This document shows, in pieces, positions 1 through 8,542 of a DNA stretch of 52,346 nucleotides. The stretch is from positions 1-52,346 of the IMG/VR virus record IMGVR_UViG_3300044708_000075; one strand, written 5' to 3'. The position numbers were made by a program, and so were the translations under genes. Source of the stretch: a virus. Its lineage: Duplodnaviria > Caudoviricetes. Each line of letters begins with the position of its first letter. The stretch's first letter is position 1. The notes under the pieces are model-generated. The model had not been told where the DNA came from. It saw only the letters and a list, made by a program, of their open reading frames with translations, and did not search any database.

Positions 1-32
1 GACTTCCGCGACGTGCTGAGCGAAATCGGCGC
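1..32. repeat. Terminal direct repeat, left copy (circular assembly overlap)
   Basis: gacttccgcgacgtgctgagcgaaatcggcgc matches 52315..52346 except a/c at position 25. Confidence 0.9.
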
Positions 33-120
33 GCATCCATACTCCCACGCGCTCGTCGGCTTGGCCACGTTCCTCGGGACGATCGCGCTGCTGGTCGTGC
101 CGACGCTGGTGCTGCGATGA
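1..120 (+). CDS. 3' part of first early gene (starts at 52156 and wraps the junction); C-terminal hydrophobic segment
   Basis: DFRDVLSEIGAHPYSHALVGLATFLGTIALLVVPTLVLR* is in frame with ATG 52156 through the terminal repeat; stop overlaps ATG 117. Confidence 0.7.
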   Translation, partial: DFRDVLSEIGAHPYSHALVGLATFLGTIALLVVPTLVLR

Positions 121-542
121 GCTTCGAGGAGCGCTTTTGGTCAAAGGTCGACCGCCGCGGCCCCGGGGAATGCTGGGAATGGCGCAGTTATTTGGCTGGC
201 CGCAGATACGGAGCAATTTGGCGCGATGGCCGCGACGAACGCGCTCACCGTGTCAGCTGGGAATTGGCGCACGGGCGACCCGTGCCGAATGGCATGGTCG
301 TCTGCCACGCTTGCGATAATCCGCTGTGCGTTAATCCCGAACATCTTTGGATCGGTACTCAGCAGGACAATGTTCGCGATCGTGACGCAAAGCGGAGGCA
401 TGTAACTCACTGCGCTACGCATTGCCGGAACGGCCACGAACTCACGCCAGAAAACACGATTTCGCAAAATGGCTGCCGCCAGTGTCGGCAATGCCGGCGA
501 GCATCTTGGCGCAGATATTCTCGCCAGAAGAGGGCGGCATGA
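117..542 (+). CDS. HNH homing-type endonuclease
   Basis: RFWSKVD..ECWEW, AHRVSW, VCHACDNPLCVNPEHL..GT..DN, then C-terminal HCRNGH..CRQC. Confidence 0.9.
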   Translation: MSFEERFWSKVDRRGPGECWEWRSYLAGRRYGAIWRDGRDERAHRVSWELAHGRPVPNGMVVCHACDNPLCVNPEHLWIGTQQDNVRDRDAKRRHVTHCATHCRNGHELTPENTISQNGCRQCRQCRRASWRRYSRQKRAA

Positions 543-733
543 CCCGCCCGATCCATTACGAGGTTGAGGTCTTGTACGCCACTTCGACCGGCCCCGCGTG
601 CGGCTTCGCTGCGACTGGCAAGCTGACCGACGATCCCGAGCAGGTCTCGTGCAAGAAATGCCGCAAGCTGTGCGGGTTCGATGAGCAGCTGACCGAGGTT
701 CACGGCGATCCGTTTCTGGCGAGGGCGGCATGA
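539..733 (+). CDS. Small Cys-rich hypothetical protein
   Basis: ATGA overlaps on both sides; ACG..VSCKKC. Confidence 0.6.
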   Translation: MTRPIHYEVEVLYATSTGPACGFAATGKLTDDPEQVSCKKCRKLCGFDEQLTEVHGDPFLARAA

Positions 734-972
734 CCTCGCATCACCCCGCGATCCGCGCTCGCTCGCTTACCAACGTCCTCACCGACCTGCGCCACGCGCG
801 CCGCGATTGGGAGCAAGCGCTTCATGATCGGAGCGCAGACGCCGAAGACCGCGCGACCGAGGCCGAAACTCGGCTCGAGGATCTACGCGACGAGTTCTGG
901 CTCAAGTTCACCGAAGCGACCGGGCTCACCGTCGAAGCGCTGATGAAGGCGCGAGAGGACTGTCTGCTGTGA
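730..972 (+). CDS. Hypothetical protein
   Basis: Coupled ORF with typical codon usage. Confidence 0.65.
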   Translation: MTSHHPAIRARSLTNVLTDLRHARRDWEQALHDRSADAEDRATEAETRLEDLRDEFWLKFTEATGLTVEALMKAREDCLL

Positions 973-1877
973 ACGCGCCCCTCAAGCAGCCGCTCGGCGA
1001 CCCCGACCACGAATACCGCTCGACGCACGTCGGCGCGTCGGAATGCGCAGCCCTGTTCGACTGCTCGCCCTACGTTACGCGGTTCGAACTCTTTCACCGG
1101 AAAGCTGGCAACATCGCCACGCCCGACCTCAGCGACAACGAGCGCGTGGAGTTCGGCATCCGGCTCGAGCCCGCGATCATCGCCGCCGCCGCCGACCGCT
1201 ACGGCTATCAGCTGGAGGAAACGCCGCGACGACTCACCAACGGCAAGGGTCTCGGCGGACACCCCGACCAGCTGGCGACCGACGAGCGCGGCCCAGGCAT
1301 CATCGAGATCAAGACCGCGGACTGGTTGGTGTTCAAGCAGTGGGGCGACGAGCCTCCCGAGCATTATCTCCTTCAGGCGATCGCCTACGCCGGACTCGCT
1401 GGCCGCTTGTGGTGCGACATCATCGTGCTCGTCGGCGGCAACCGGCTCGAGCGCTTCTGCTACGACTTCCGGCCGAAGATCTACGCCGAGATCGAGCGGC
1501 GCGTGGAGCAATTCTGGCAGAGCATCCGCGCCAACGATCCGCCGCCGGCCGATTACACCAAAGACCTGGGCACGATCGCCGACCTTTACCGCGAGGGCAC
1601 GGACGAAGTGGTCGACCTGACCGCCGACAACCTGGCCCACGAGGCAGCGGCGGCGTTCCTCTTCGCGAAAGAGGCTCGGTTGGACGCCGAGAAGCGGGAG
1701 GACGCCGCCAAGGCCGAGCTGCTCGACAAGCTGGGCGCTGCGTCATGCGCGAAGCTCAACGGCTTCACGGTGCGCGCGACGACGGTTGCGGCGGTGCCGG
1801 AGCGGCTCGCCGAGCCGGGCGAGATCATCAAGGGGCGGCGGGCTTACCGGCGTCTGACTGTGAAGGAAGTGGCATGA
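969..1877 (+). CDS. YqaJ/lambda-exonuclease-family recombination nuclease
   Basis: VGASE, G..LEP, GHPD, IIEIKT, YLLQ motifs; upstream of RecT. Confidence 0.9.
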   Translation: MNAPLKQPLGDPDHEYRSTHVGASECAALFDCSPYVTRFELFHRKAGNIATPDLSDNERVEFGIRLEPAIIAAAADRYGYQLEETPRRLTNGKGLGGHPDQLATDERGPGIIEIKTADWLVFKQWGDEPPEHYLLQAIAYAGLAGRLWCDIIVLVGGNRLERFCYDFRPKIYAEIERRVEQFWQSIRANDPPPADYTKDLGTIADLYREGTDEVVDLTADNLAHEAAAAFLFAKEARLDAEKREDAAKAELLDKLGAASCAKLNGFTVRATTVAAVPERLAEPGEIIKGRRAYRRLTVKEVA

Positions 1878-2128
1878 GGCACTTCCGGCCGCGCCCCTAT
1901 GATCCGAACCGCAAGGACACGCGGACGCCCGCGCAGAAGAAGGCGCAACAGCGCAACTTCCGCATCTTCCAGCTGCGCGGCCTCGCCAGCTTCCGGTTCA
2001 TGCTCACCGGCGAGCGCCGCGACGCGCTGCTGCGCCTCGTCGACCAAGAATTGCGGGCAATCGGCGCCGAGCCGGAAAGCGCTCGTATCGCCCAGCACAA
2101 CGAACAAATGGAAAAGGAGTTTTCATAG
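1874..2128 (+). CDS. Hypothetical basic protein
   Basis: ATG 1874 overlaps the upstream stop; stop overlaps RecT start. Confidence 0.6.
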   Translation: MRHFRPRPYDPNRKDTRTPAQKKAQQRNFRIFQLRGLASFRFMLTGERRDALLRLVDQELRAIGAEPESARIAQHNEQMEKEFS

Positions 2129-3222
2129 TGGCCACCCAACTCGCCGAGCGTACCGCCAGCCCGATCACCGTTTTTCGGCAAACGCTCACGCAGCCCGCAT
2201 TCCGCGAGCAGCTGAAGATGGCCCTGCCGAGCCACATCTCGGAGGACAAGTTCATCCGCGTGGCGCTGACCGCGGCGCAGCAGAATCCGGACCTGCTCAA
2301 TCCGCAGAAGGTCGACCGCAATTCGCTGTTCGGATCGCTGGTTAGGGCGGCCCAGGACGGGCTTCTCCCCGACGGCCGCGAAGGCGCGATCATTCCGTTC
2401 AAGGGCCGGGCCCAATGGATGCCGATGGTCACCGGCATCATGACGAAGGTGCGCCGTTCGGGTGAGATCGCGGCGTGGGAAGCGTCGGCCGTCTACGAGC
2501 GCGACACGTTCGAGCGCCTCCTCGGCGACGACCAGCGCATCTATCACAAGCCGTTCGAGGACGGGGATCCCGGCCAAGTGATCGGTGCCTATTCGATCGT
2601 CACGTTCAAGGACGGCACCAAGAGCCGAGATTACATGCCGCGGTGGCGGATTGAGAAGGCTCGCGAACAGAATCCCATCGGCAAGAATAGCCTGATGTGG
2701 ACGAAGTTTTACGACGAGGGCGCGGTCAAGACCGTGATCCGCCACCACTCGAAGCGTCTCCCCATGTCGACGGACGTCGAGGCGATCTTCGAGCGCGACG
2801 AGACCATGACGCCGGCGGGCGGCTTTCGCGAGCCCGAGACCGTTGCCGAGCCCGTCGTTCCCATCTCCCGCTTGGACGCGATCGAGCATTCCATCGACGC
2901 CGAGCCCGAGCCGCCCGCCGAGCCGGAGGTCATCACGGAGCAGGCCGAGGAGCTTGAGGCGGAGATCGAGGAGCAGCCCGGCACCCTCGGCGAGCAGCTT
3001 GAGGCCGACCACCCCGGCAAGGCGATCGCGGACAAGATCATCGCGGAGATCAACTCGCCCGAGTGCAACGCTGTCCTCGACGTCGCCGCGGTCCTCAATC
3101 GCCACGCTGCCGACATGGCGGCCATGCTCGACGAGGACGCCGTGCGCATCGAGATCGCCGCCGACAAGCGGAAGGCCGAGATCCGCGCTGAGCAAACGAA
3201 GACGAAGGAGCCAACCGAGTGA
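2128..3222 (+). CDS. recT: RecT-family ssDNA annealing protein with acidic C-terminal extension
   Basis: AAQDGLLPDGREGAIIPF, GAYSIV, W..FYDEGAVKTVIRHHSKRLPMS. Confidence 0.9.
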   Translation: MATQLAERTASPITVFRQTLTQPAFREQLKMALPSHISEDKFIRVALTAAQQNPDLLNPQKVDRNSLFGSLVRAAQDGLLPDGREGAIIPFKGRAQWMPMVTGIMTKVRRSGEIAAWEASAVYERDTFERLLGDDQRIYHKPFEDGDPGQVIGAYSIVTFKDGTKSRDYMPRWRIEKAREQNPIGKNSLMWTKFYDEGAVKTVIRHHSKRLPMSTDVEAIFERDETMTPAGGFREPETVAEPVVPISRLDAIEHSIDAEPEPPAEPEVITEQAEELEAEIEEQPGTLGEQLEADHPGKAIADKIIAEINSPECNAVLDVAAVLNRHAADMAAMLDEDAVRIEIAADKRKAEIRAEQTKTKEPTE

Positions 3223-3479
3223 CGTTGGAGAAACGCAAACGCGACAACGCGCGGGAGATGCTGGTGCAAGGCCCGTTCACGTTCGGCGAATGCTCGGTCG
3301 ATACGGAGAGCGAATGCGAGGGCGCGGCCGTGTTTGCGGCTGACGGCCAACCCTTGGCGATGTTCTCCTCGGATTGCTTCGTTGGCGGCAAGGAAGAGGC
3401 GCTCGGTGCTGCGGAGCTCATTTGCGATTTGCTCAACATCGGTCGGACCAGCGGTTTGATGGAAGATCGGGCAGCATGA
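3219..3479 (+). CDS. Hypothetical protein
   Basis: GTGA overlap with recT; RBS aaggag. Confidence 0.55.
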   Translation: MTLEKRKRDNAREMLVQGPFTFGECSVDTESECEGAAVFAADGQPLAMFSSDCFVGGKEEALGAAELICDLLNIGRTSGLMEDRAA

Positions 3480-3504
3480 CAGGGCAACAGCAGAGGAATG
3501 GGAA

Positions 3505-3828
3505 ATGAGCGAGAAGGTTAGCGCGCTGGTCGAGTTCTTCCGCGAGGAAGCGGCCATATGGGGTAACCAAGGCGACCTCGAAGGCTGGTCAACTGAAGAG
3601 ACCGCGATTCACTTTCTGCGCGAATATCGGCAACTCGGACTGGCCAAAGCGGGAGACTGGGACGCGATCCTCAATCACATCGGCTTCGTGCTGCGCATCG
3701 AGCTTGCTCGGCACCCAGCAATCGGAACGAATATCTCGCTGAAGGAAGCTGACGCGCTCGTTACGGATCTGTCGTCAAGGCTCACCTACGACATCCATAA
3801 GCGTCTCGACCCGAGTTACGACTCATGA
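3505..3828 (+). CDS. Hypothetical protein
   Basis: ORF in the early operon. Confidence 0.6.
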   Translation: MSEKVSALVEFFREEAAIWGNQGDLEGWSTEETAIHFLREYRQLGLAKAGDWDAILNHIGFVLRIELARHPAIGTNISLKEADALVTDLSSRLTYDIHKRLDPSYDS

Positions 3829-3868
3829 CCCGCTACCACGGTGATGATCGCGGTGTCGGTAGCGATGC

Positions 3869-3959
3869 TGGGCGATGCGGCTTCGCCGCCGCTCTGCCGC
3901 CCTTCGGGTTGAGTCCTGTTTCACGGTCTCAATCAAAGACGGCTGCCGCTATCGCAAAG
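3869..3959 (+). repeat. Structured element copy 1 (about 90 nt, multi-hairpin)
   Basis: TGGGCGATGC..hairpin..CCCTTCGGG..CGCTATCGCAAAG, shared with 5273..5361. Confidence 0.6.
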
Positions 3960-4042
3960 TGCCAGCACGACTGGTTGCTCTTTGCCAATGAGCTTGTCGC
4001 GGTGCGCGTCTGTCGCTGCTGTGGCTTGCAGGAGGACGTATC

Positions 4043-4249
4043 GTGAAGGCGGGCATCGGCTTGGACGACTGGAAACTGCCAATCTTTCGGAGGCGGCTCG
4101 CAGAGGCTGGCTACCAATACCGGGACGCTGGGCCGTTCACTGGCGACACCACCTTTTTGACCGTCGAAACCAACGACTTCCTCGCTCTTAAAAAGGTGAT
4201 CGAGGAATGTGAAGCCGAGTGCCGGAATACGAAGAAAGGCAGCAAATGA
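4043..4249 (+). CDS. Hypothetical protein
   Basis: RBS aggagg; KAGIGLDDWKLPIFRRRL. Confidence 0.7.
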   Translation: MKAGIGLDDWKLPIFRRRLAEAGYQYRDAGPFTGDTTFLTVETNDFLALKKVIEECEAECRNTKKGSK

Positions 4250-4611
4250 AAATCCGCGCCAAGCGATGCACTGTCAAGGGCAACTCAGTCGATCCGCTGA
4301 AAGCCCCGCCGCACGCACCAACCGATGAAAAGCTGGCAGACGGTCAGAACGCCGACCACTACGTTCTCTGCCCCGAGGATCGCGCCAAGGGGTACGTTGA
4401 GCCACTGCGCATCGATTACATCCATGAGAAATGCGGCGGGCGCACAACCATGCCTCGCGCTTGCGCTGAGACCTACGCGGTCGATCCATATTACTACGGC
4501 TCGACCTTCTGCTGCCATTGCCACGGTTACTATCCGGTCGGCGAGAACGGCGAGTTCATCTGGAACGATGGAAGCCGCCAGAAGGTCGGCACAAGGCGCG
4601 CACAGCCATGA
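4246..4611 (+). CDS. Cys/His-rich hypothetical phage protein (likely Zn-binding)
   Basis: YIHEKCG..T.M..AETYA.DP.YYGSTFCCHC. Confidence 0.75.
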   Translation: MKIRAKRCTVKGNSVDPLKAPPHAPTDEKLADGQNADHYVLCPEDRAKGYVEPLRIDYIHEKCGGRTTMPRACAETYAVDPYYYGSTFCCHCHGYYPVGENGEFIWNDGSRQKVGTRRAQP

Positions 4612-5048
4612 AGAATCTCTGCTCTCCAGAAATCGGTCGCTACCGCTTCACGCACCCCCTTGGTGAAGTCGCCGATGAGTTGCGGGCGTATGGCGGCGCG
4701 TTTCAAGTTCCCTTCAAAGGTATGATCAACGGCTTTGGCTACCGCGTGCTTCTGCGGGTGATCGCAAGTCGCGGTGGGGGCTCGGCGGACATCGGTGGCG
4801 ATGACCCGTACAGCCGATGGGATCACGTCAGTGTCTCACTCCCCGACCGTTGCCCGACATGGGAAGAAATGTGCTTCGTCAAGGAATTGTTCTTCGAGCG
4901 CGGTGAGCCTGCAATGCAGCTTCATCCGGCCAAAGATTACGTCAACAACCATCCTTATTGTCTGCATCTGTGGCGCCCGCTCGACGCAGAAATTCCGCTG
5001 CCCTTCGCCGAGATGGTCGGCATACCAGGGCTGGAGTTCGCAGCATGA
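4608..5048 (+). CDS. Conserved phage hypothetical protein
   Basis: WDHVSVS..RCPTWEEMCFVKELFF..YVNNHPYCLHLW signature. Confidence 0.8.
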   Translation: MKNLCSPEIGRYRFTHPLGEVADELRAYGGAFQVPFKGMINGFGYRVLLRVIASRGGGSADIGGDDPYSRWDHVSVSLPDRCPTWEEMCFVKELFFERGEPAMQLHPAKDYVNNHPYCLHLWRPLDAEIPLPFAEMVGIPGLEFAA

Positions 5049-5227
5049 CCTACCACGACGGCGCAAGATGCCCCGGATGCAATCGATCGCAATGGCTGAT
5101 CGGGCGGAGGTACGCAGAGTGCGCGTTCTGCCACGCAGCGCTTCCCCTTGCCTCGCAACCTTGTGAGCCTCGGCCGATGATGAAGATGGGCCAGGGGGGT
5201 GGAATTATTCGCCGGGTGTTCGCATGA
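5045..5227 (+). CDS. Small zinc-ribbon protein
   Basis: CPGC..AECAFC; coupled start and stop. Confidence 0.65.
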   Translation: MTYHDGARCPGCNRSQWLIGRRYAECAFCHAALPLASQPCEPRPMMKMGQGGGIIRRVFA

Positions 5228-5272
5228 ACGAGAAAGGCAGCATAGCCATGTCACAAGATGAGATGGGGTTGG

Positions 5273-5361
5273 TGGGCGATGCCTTTCAGGCCCGCGCTGC
5301 GACCCCTTCGGGGCTCAGCCGCTTCGCGTCTTCGTGCCAGCATCGCATCGCTATCGCAAAG
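5273..5361 (+). repeat. Structured element copy 2, ends at the RBS of the 5373 gene
   Basis: Same termini and CCCTTCGGG core as 3869..3959, with different hairpin sequences. Confidence 0.6.
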
Positions 5362-5372
5362 GAGAAAACACA

Positions 5373-5867
5373 ATGACCACTGCCACTGCCGCACGTCTCT
5401 ACGAGGCACAACATCTCGCAGAAATGGAAGGGCGTGGTTACGTTGTGTTCAACCCGCACAACAAGCCGCTCAGCGATTTGCCGGTGATCTACGGCTTCAA
5501 TAACGGCGGCTATCCAGGACTATATCAGGCGACCCTCATCGCGGCGGACGGCACCGCGCTCGGCGGACACGGCTGCTCGACCGAAGGCTATATGCTTCAC
5601 GATCTCGGCATTCTCGAAGGAACGCGCCCCGACCGGCACGAGCGTTTCCGCGAGCACTATCCAGACGGCTATCGCATGGACTTCGTGAGCTACGCCGACG
5701 CGAAGGACCACCCAGGACTAAAGCGAGCGTTTGAGTTGAACCGCGCCGCGCAAGGGATCGAAGCGGCGACAGCCGGCGAGACAACGGAGATTGGCTCGAC
5801 CGAAGGCAAGAGCCCGGTTCGCGACAGCGAATGCGCCCAAACCCCAACCAATCGGAGCAAGCCATGA
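5373..5867 (+). CDS. Hypothetical phage protein
   Basis: RBS aaggag; LPVIYGFNNGG..HGCS.EGYM.HDLG..HYPDGYRMDFV. Confidence 0.75.
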   Translation: MTTATAARLYEAQHLAEMEGRGYVVFNPHNKPLSDLPVIYGFNNGGYPGLYQATLIAADGTALGGHGCSTEGYMLHDLGILEGTRPDRHERFREHYPDGYRMDFVSYADAKDHPGLKRAFELNRAAQGIEAATAGETTEIGSTEGKSPVRDSECAQTPTNRSKP

Positions 5868-6577
5868 ATGCTGAGATAACGGAGGCTATGATCGAAGCTG
5901 CTGCGAGCGCATTCTTCGCTGTCACGGCAGACCAAATCGGCAAAGCCGGATCGAGCTACAGCGCCCTGCCTGAGGCATCCAAGGACAAGGTTCGCATTTG
6001 CGCCAGAGCGGCGCTCGCAGCAGCACTCTCAGCCAACACGGTCGCACCTGACATGACAGAAGCAGAAATCGACGCTGGCCTCGACGCGATCTTGGCGAAG
6101 GACGACACCGAAATAATGCTCGACGAACTGCGCGAGTTGTTCGGTGCCGACCTCGACGTGGATAGCCGGTTCACAATCGCTCAAGTCATTACGGCGATGG
6201 AGCGCAGCTTCGAGCAGGGCAAGGCGCATATCGAGATGGTCAATCGTGCCGCAGCCGAGGCCGCACGGCGCACAGCAGAGCCCACCGATTACTGCGGCAT
6301 CGTGGTTATGGATGACGATGCGGAGTGGCTGATCGCGTTGGCGGATGATTTGAGCGTCCACGGTCTAGGCAATGAGCGGCGGCTTGAACTGCGCTACATC
6401 GCCGAACGCATCGCATCCAAGCCCGCAGATGGGCTGCTGGCCGAAGCCGCTGACAATCTCGAATATGCTGCGCAGATGCTGGACGAGGCCGGGAACGATG
6501 TAGGTGGCGGGTTCTGCCAGCGCCAATGCGACAAGTTCCGGGCGTCCTTACCACAAGCCAAGGGGGATGCGGAGTGA
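5864..6577 (+). CDS. Hypothetical protein
   Basis: ITEAMIEAA start; coupled to neighbours. Confidence 0.65.
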   Translation: MNAEITEAMIEAAASAFFAVTADQIGKAGSSYSALPEASKDKVRICARAALAAALSANTVAPDMTEAEIDAGLDAILAKDDTEIMLDELRELFGADLDVDSRFTIAQVITAMERSFEQGKAHIEMVNRAAAEAARRTAEPTDYCGIVVMDDDAEWLIALADDLSVHGLGNERRLELRYIAERIASKPADGLLAEAADNLEYAAQMLDEAGNDVGGGFCQRQCDKFRASLPQAKGDAE

Positions 6578-6762
6578 ACAAACGGGAAGCTCGCAACTGG
6601 GTCCGTAACCACTGGGTTGACTATATCGCCAACGCCGATTGTCCGGATTTTCCGCCAGAGTTCGATGACGCGCTCTGTGCTGTTTGGAGTGACGAGTGTC
6701 TGCGGATTGCCCGCCGCATTGCCCGCGTCGCTCTCTCATCTGATGGAGATGACCGTGAGTGA
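6574..6762 (+). CDS. Hypothetical protein
   Basis: GTGA overlap. Confidence 0.5.
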   Translation: MNKREARNWVRNHWVDYIANADCPDFPPEFDDALCAVWSDECLRIARRIARVALSSDGDDRE

Positions 6763-7030
6763 GGCGCTGATCCCGATTTGTCGCCACGGCTTGCCATTGG
6801 GAGAGTGCGCCTTGTCAGCTTCACGAGGCTGCTCTGAGGCGTTCCTTGGCGCAACGGCGGAGGGGATCGAGGAACTGCTGCGCGATACCTTTTTTGAAGG
6901 GATGCGGGAAGGGTCGGGCGAGAAATTGAGCAACGTCGATCTGTATGAGGCTTGGGATGCGTCCGAAGCGCTTTCCAGCTTCCAGAAACAATTGAAGCCA
7001 GCCCCATCGGGACATGGGGAGGACTTATGA
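6755..7030 (+). CDS. Hypothetical protein
   Basis: RBS ggag, GTG start. Confidence 0.5.
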   Translation: MSEALIPICRHGLPLGECALSASRGCSEAFLGATAEGIEELLRDTFFEGMREGSGEKLSNVDLYEAWDASEALSSFQKQLKPAPSGHGEDL

Positions 7031-7326
7031 TGAAGGATTCTAAGAGTGGGGCGCGTCCGCAAGCGGACCAGGCCACTCAGGCTCCGCCCGAAGCCCCTGA
7101 AGGGTCTTCGCCATACGGTGAGTGTCCTTCGCGCAAGGAAATGGCCGAGCGCACCATCATCCTTATCATCGATGCGAATTACCACACGGCAATCTCAAAG
7201 GCGCGGTCAACGGCGAAGCAGATCGTGAACGCGCTAGAGGTGTTCGAGGAATTGGAGCGCCTTCAAGTTCTGTACGGCAGGCTGGTCGCCGCTGTGGACG
7301 CAGACGCAAAGGCGAAGCAGCCATGA
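7027..7326 (+). CDS. Hypothetical protein (5' part overlaps a hairpin-rich element)
   Basis: RBS ggagg; ATGA overlap. Confidence 0.5.
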   Translation: MMKDSKSGARPQADQATQAPPEAPEGSSPYGECPSRKEMAERTIILIIDANYHTAISKARSTAKQIVNALEVFEELERLQVLYGRLVAAVDADAKAKQP

Positions 7327-7730
7327 CCAAACCCCATGACCTCGATGAGCTTGCATCTCGTGTGGAATCTGCGAGCGGGCCAGATCGCGAGTTGAGCGCA
7401 GAGATAGCGCTTGCAATTCACGATTGGCTGCATGAGGCCGAGGGCAATAAGCCGCTCAACTGCCGAATACGCAATTCTCTCGGATCGCCCGTTTACATCG
7501 GTGGGGAAACGGGCCGCGCGATGGACTACACCGCCTCATTGGACGCGGCAATAGCGCTCATGACGGAGGATTGCATCGTCACCATCGGCGGCGGCTTGGG
7601 CATCGGGACAGCGGCCATCGAGGCTAGCGGCAATATCTTCGCCAGCAAGGCAGCAACCCCCGCACTCGCTCTCACCGCAGCCGCACTTCGCGCCCGTGCA
7701 TCCCTTACAAGATCATTGGGAGGGGGATGA
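7323..7730 (+). CDS. Conserved phage hypothetical protein
   Basis: LASRVE.ASGPDREL..EI..YTASLDAA..AATPALALTAAALRAR. Confidence 0.75.
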   Translation: MTKPHDLDELASRVESASGPDRELSAEIALAIHDWLHEAEGNKPLNCRIRNSLGSPVYIGGETGRAMDYTASLDAAIALMTEDCIVTIGGGLGIGTAAIEASGNIFASKAATPALALTAAALRARASLTRSLGGG

Positions 7731-7731
7731 A

Positions 7732-8244
7732 ATGGGCGGCGCTCGCCCGTTCAGTCCGGAGACGATTCGGCTCTTGTCGCGCATCGAGCGCGGCGCAGAC
7801 GATGACTGCTGGCTCTGGCAAGGCCCCGTTCTCCGTAGCGGTTACGGCAATGCGGGGTCGTGGTTCTACAAGAACGTAGGGACGATCCTCGTTCACCGCA
7901 TAATATATCTGGCGATAAAAGGCGAACTACCGGAGCCGCCATTTATCCTCCGCCATACGTGCGATACGCGGCTGTGCTGTAATCCGCGCCACTTAATCCC
8001 AGGCACCCGCTTGGACAACATGGCCGACATGGTGGCTCGTGGCCGTTCGACCAAAGGCCGCGCTGTCTTAGGGCATGGCGAGAATCACCCCCGCTCCAAA
8101 CTAACTGATAGCGCAATCAAGTTGGTATTCGACTTGCATGGTCGGGGGCTGTCGCGCCGAAAGATCGGAGCAGAAGTTGGTGTTTCGGGGGCACAGATTG
8201 GGCGAATCCTGCGGAGAGAGAGCCGTGCTTGCCAAGCCGTTTAG
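7732..8244 (+). CDS. HNH homing-type endonuclease with C-terminal HTH
   Basis: DDCWLWQG, VHR..Y, LRHTCDTRLCCNPRHL.PGT..DN, GENHPRSKLT, SRRKIGAEVGVS. Confidence 0.9.
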   Translation: MGGARPFSPETIRLLSRIERGADDDCWLWQGPVLRSGYGNAGSWFYKNVGTILVHRIIYLAIKGELPEPPFILRHTCDTRLCCNPRHLIPGTRLDNMADMVARGRSTKGRAVLGHGENHPRSKLTDSAIKLVFDLHGRGLSRRKIGAEVGVSGAQIGRILRRESRACQAV

Positions 8245-8542
8245 CCCCGAAACATTAGCTCAGCGCTGGGGTTGCTCTGGCGAACTAGTTCGGCAAATGT
8301 GCCGGCGGGGCGAGCTCGGCTATTTCCGCTTGGGCAAGCTCATTCGGATACCCGCCAATGAAGTCGAGCGCCTAGAGTGCCAGAATACCGCCTTGTGTGG
8401 CACCGAGACCAATGGAGTCTCGCCTACACAGGACCGCGAGGCCGCGTTCGAGTCGCGACTGGAGCGGCTGACCGGGGAATCGCCGAAGCTCGCGCTAGTG
8501 CAATCTGGCGCACCCGCTCCAGGCCAAAGTCGGAGAGGGTAG
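8225..8542 (+). CDS. xis: Excisionase (winged HTH)
   Basis: FSPETLAQRWGCS..VRQMCRRGEL..FRLGKLIRIP..EVERLE, directly upstream of integrase. Confidence 0.8.
   Translation: MLAKPFSPETLAQRWGCSGELVRQMCRRGELGYFRLGKLIRIPANEVERLECQNTALCGTETNGVSPTQDREAAFESRLERLTGESPKLALVQSGAPAPGQSRRG

Noticed and set aside
1043-2128. 361-aa ORF overlapping the exonuclease
   Set aside because: Arg/Pro-rich off-frame read; only 1874..2128 has a coupled start
3825-4046. 73-aa ORF (also the similar short ORF 5224..5376)
   Set aside because: Mostly made of the structured element; may be translated for coupling, but no product can be supported
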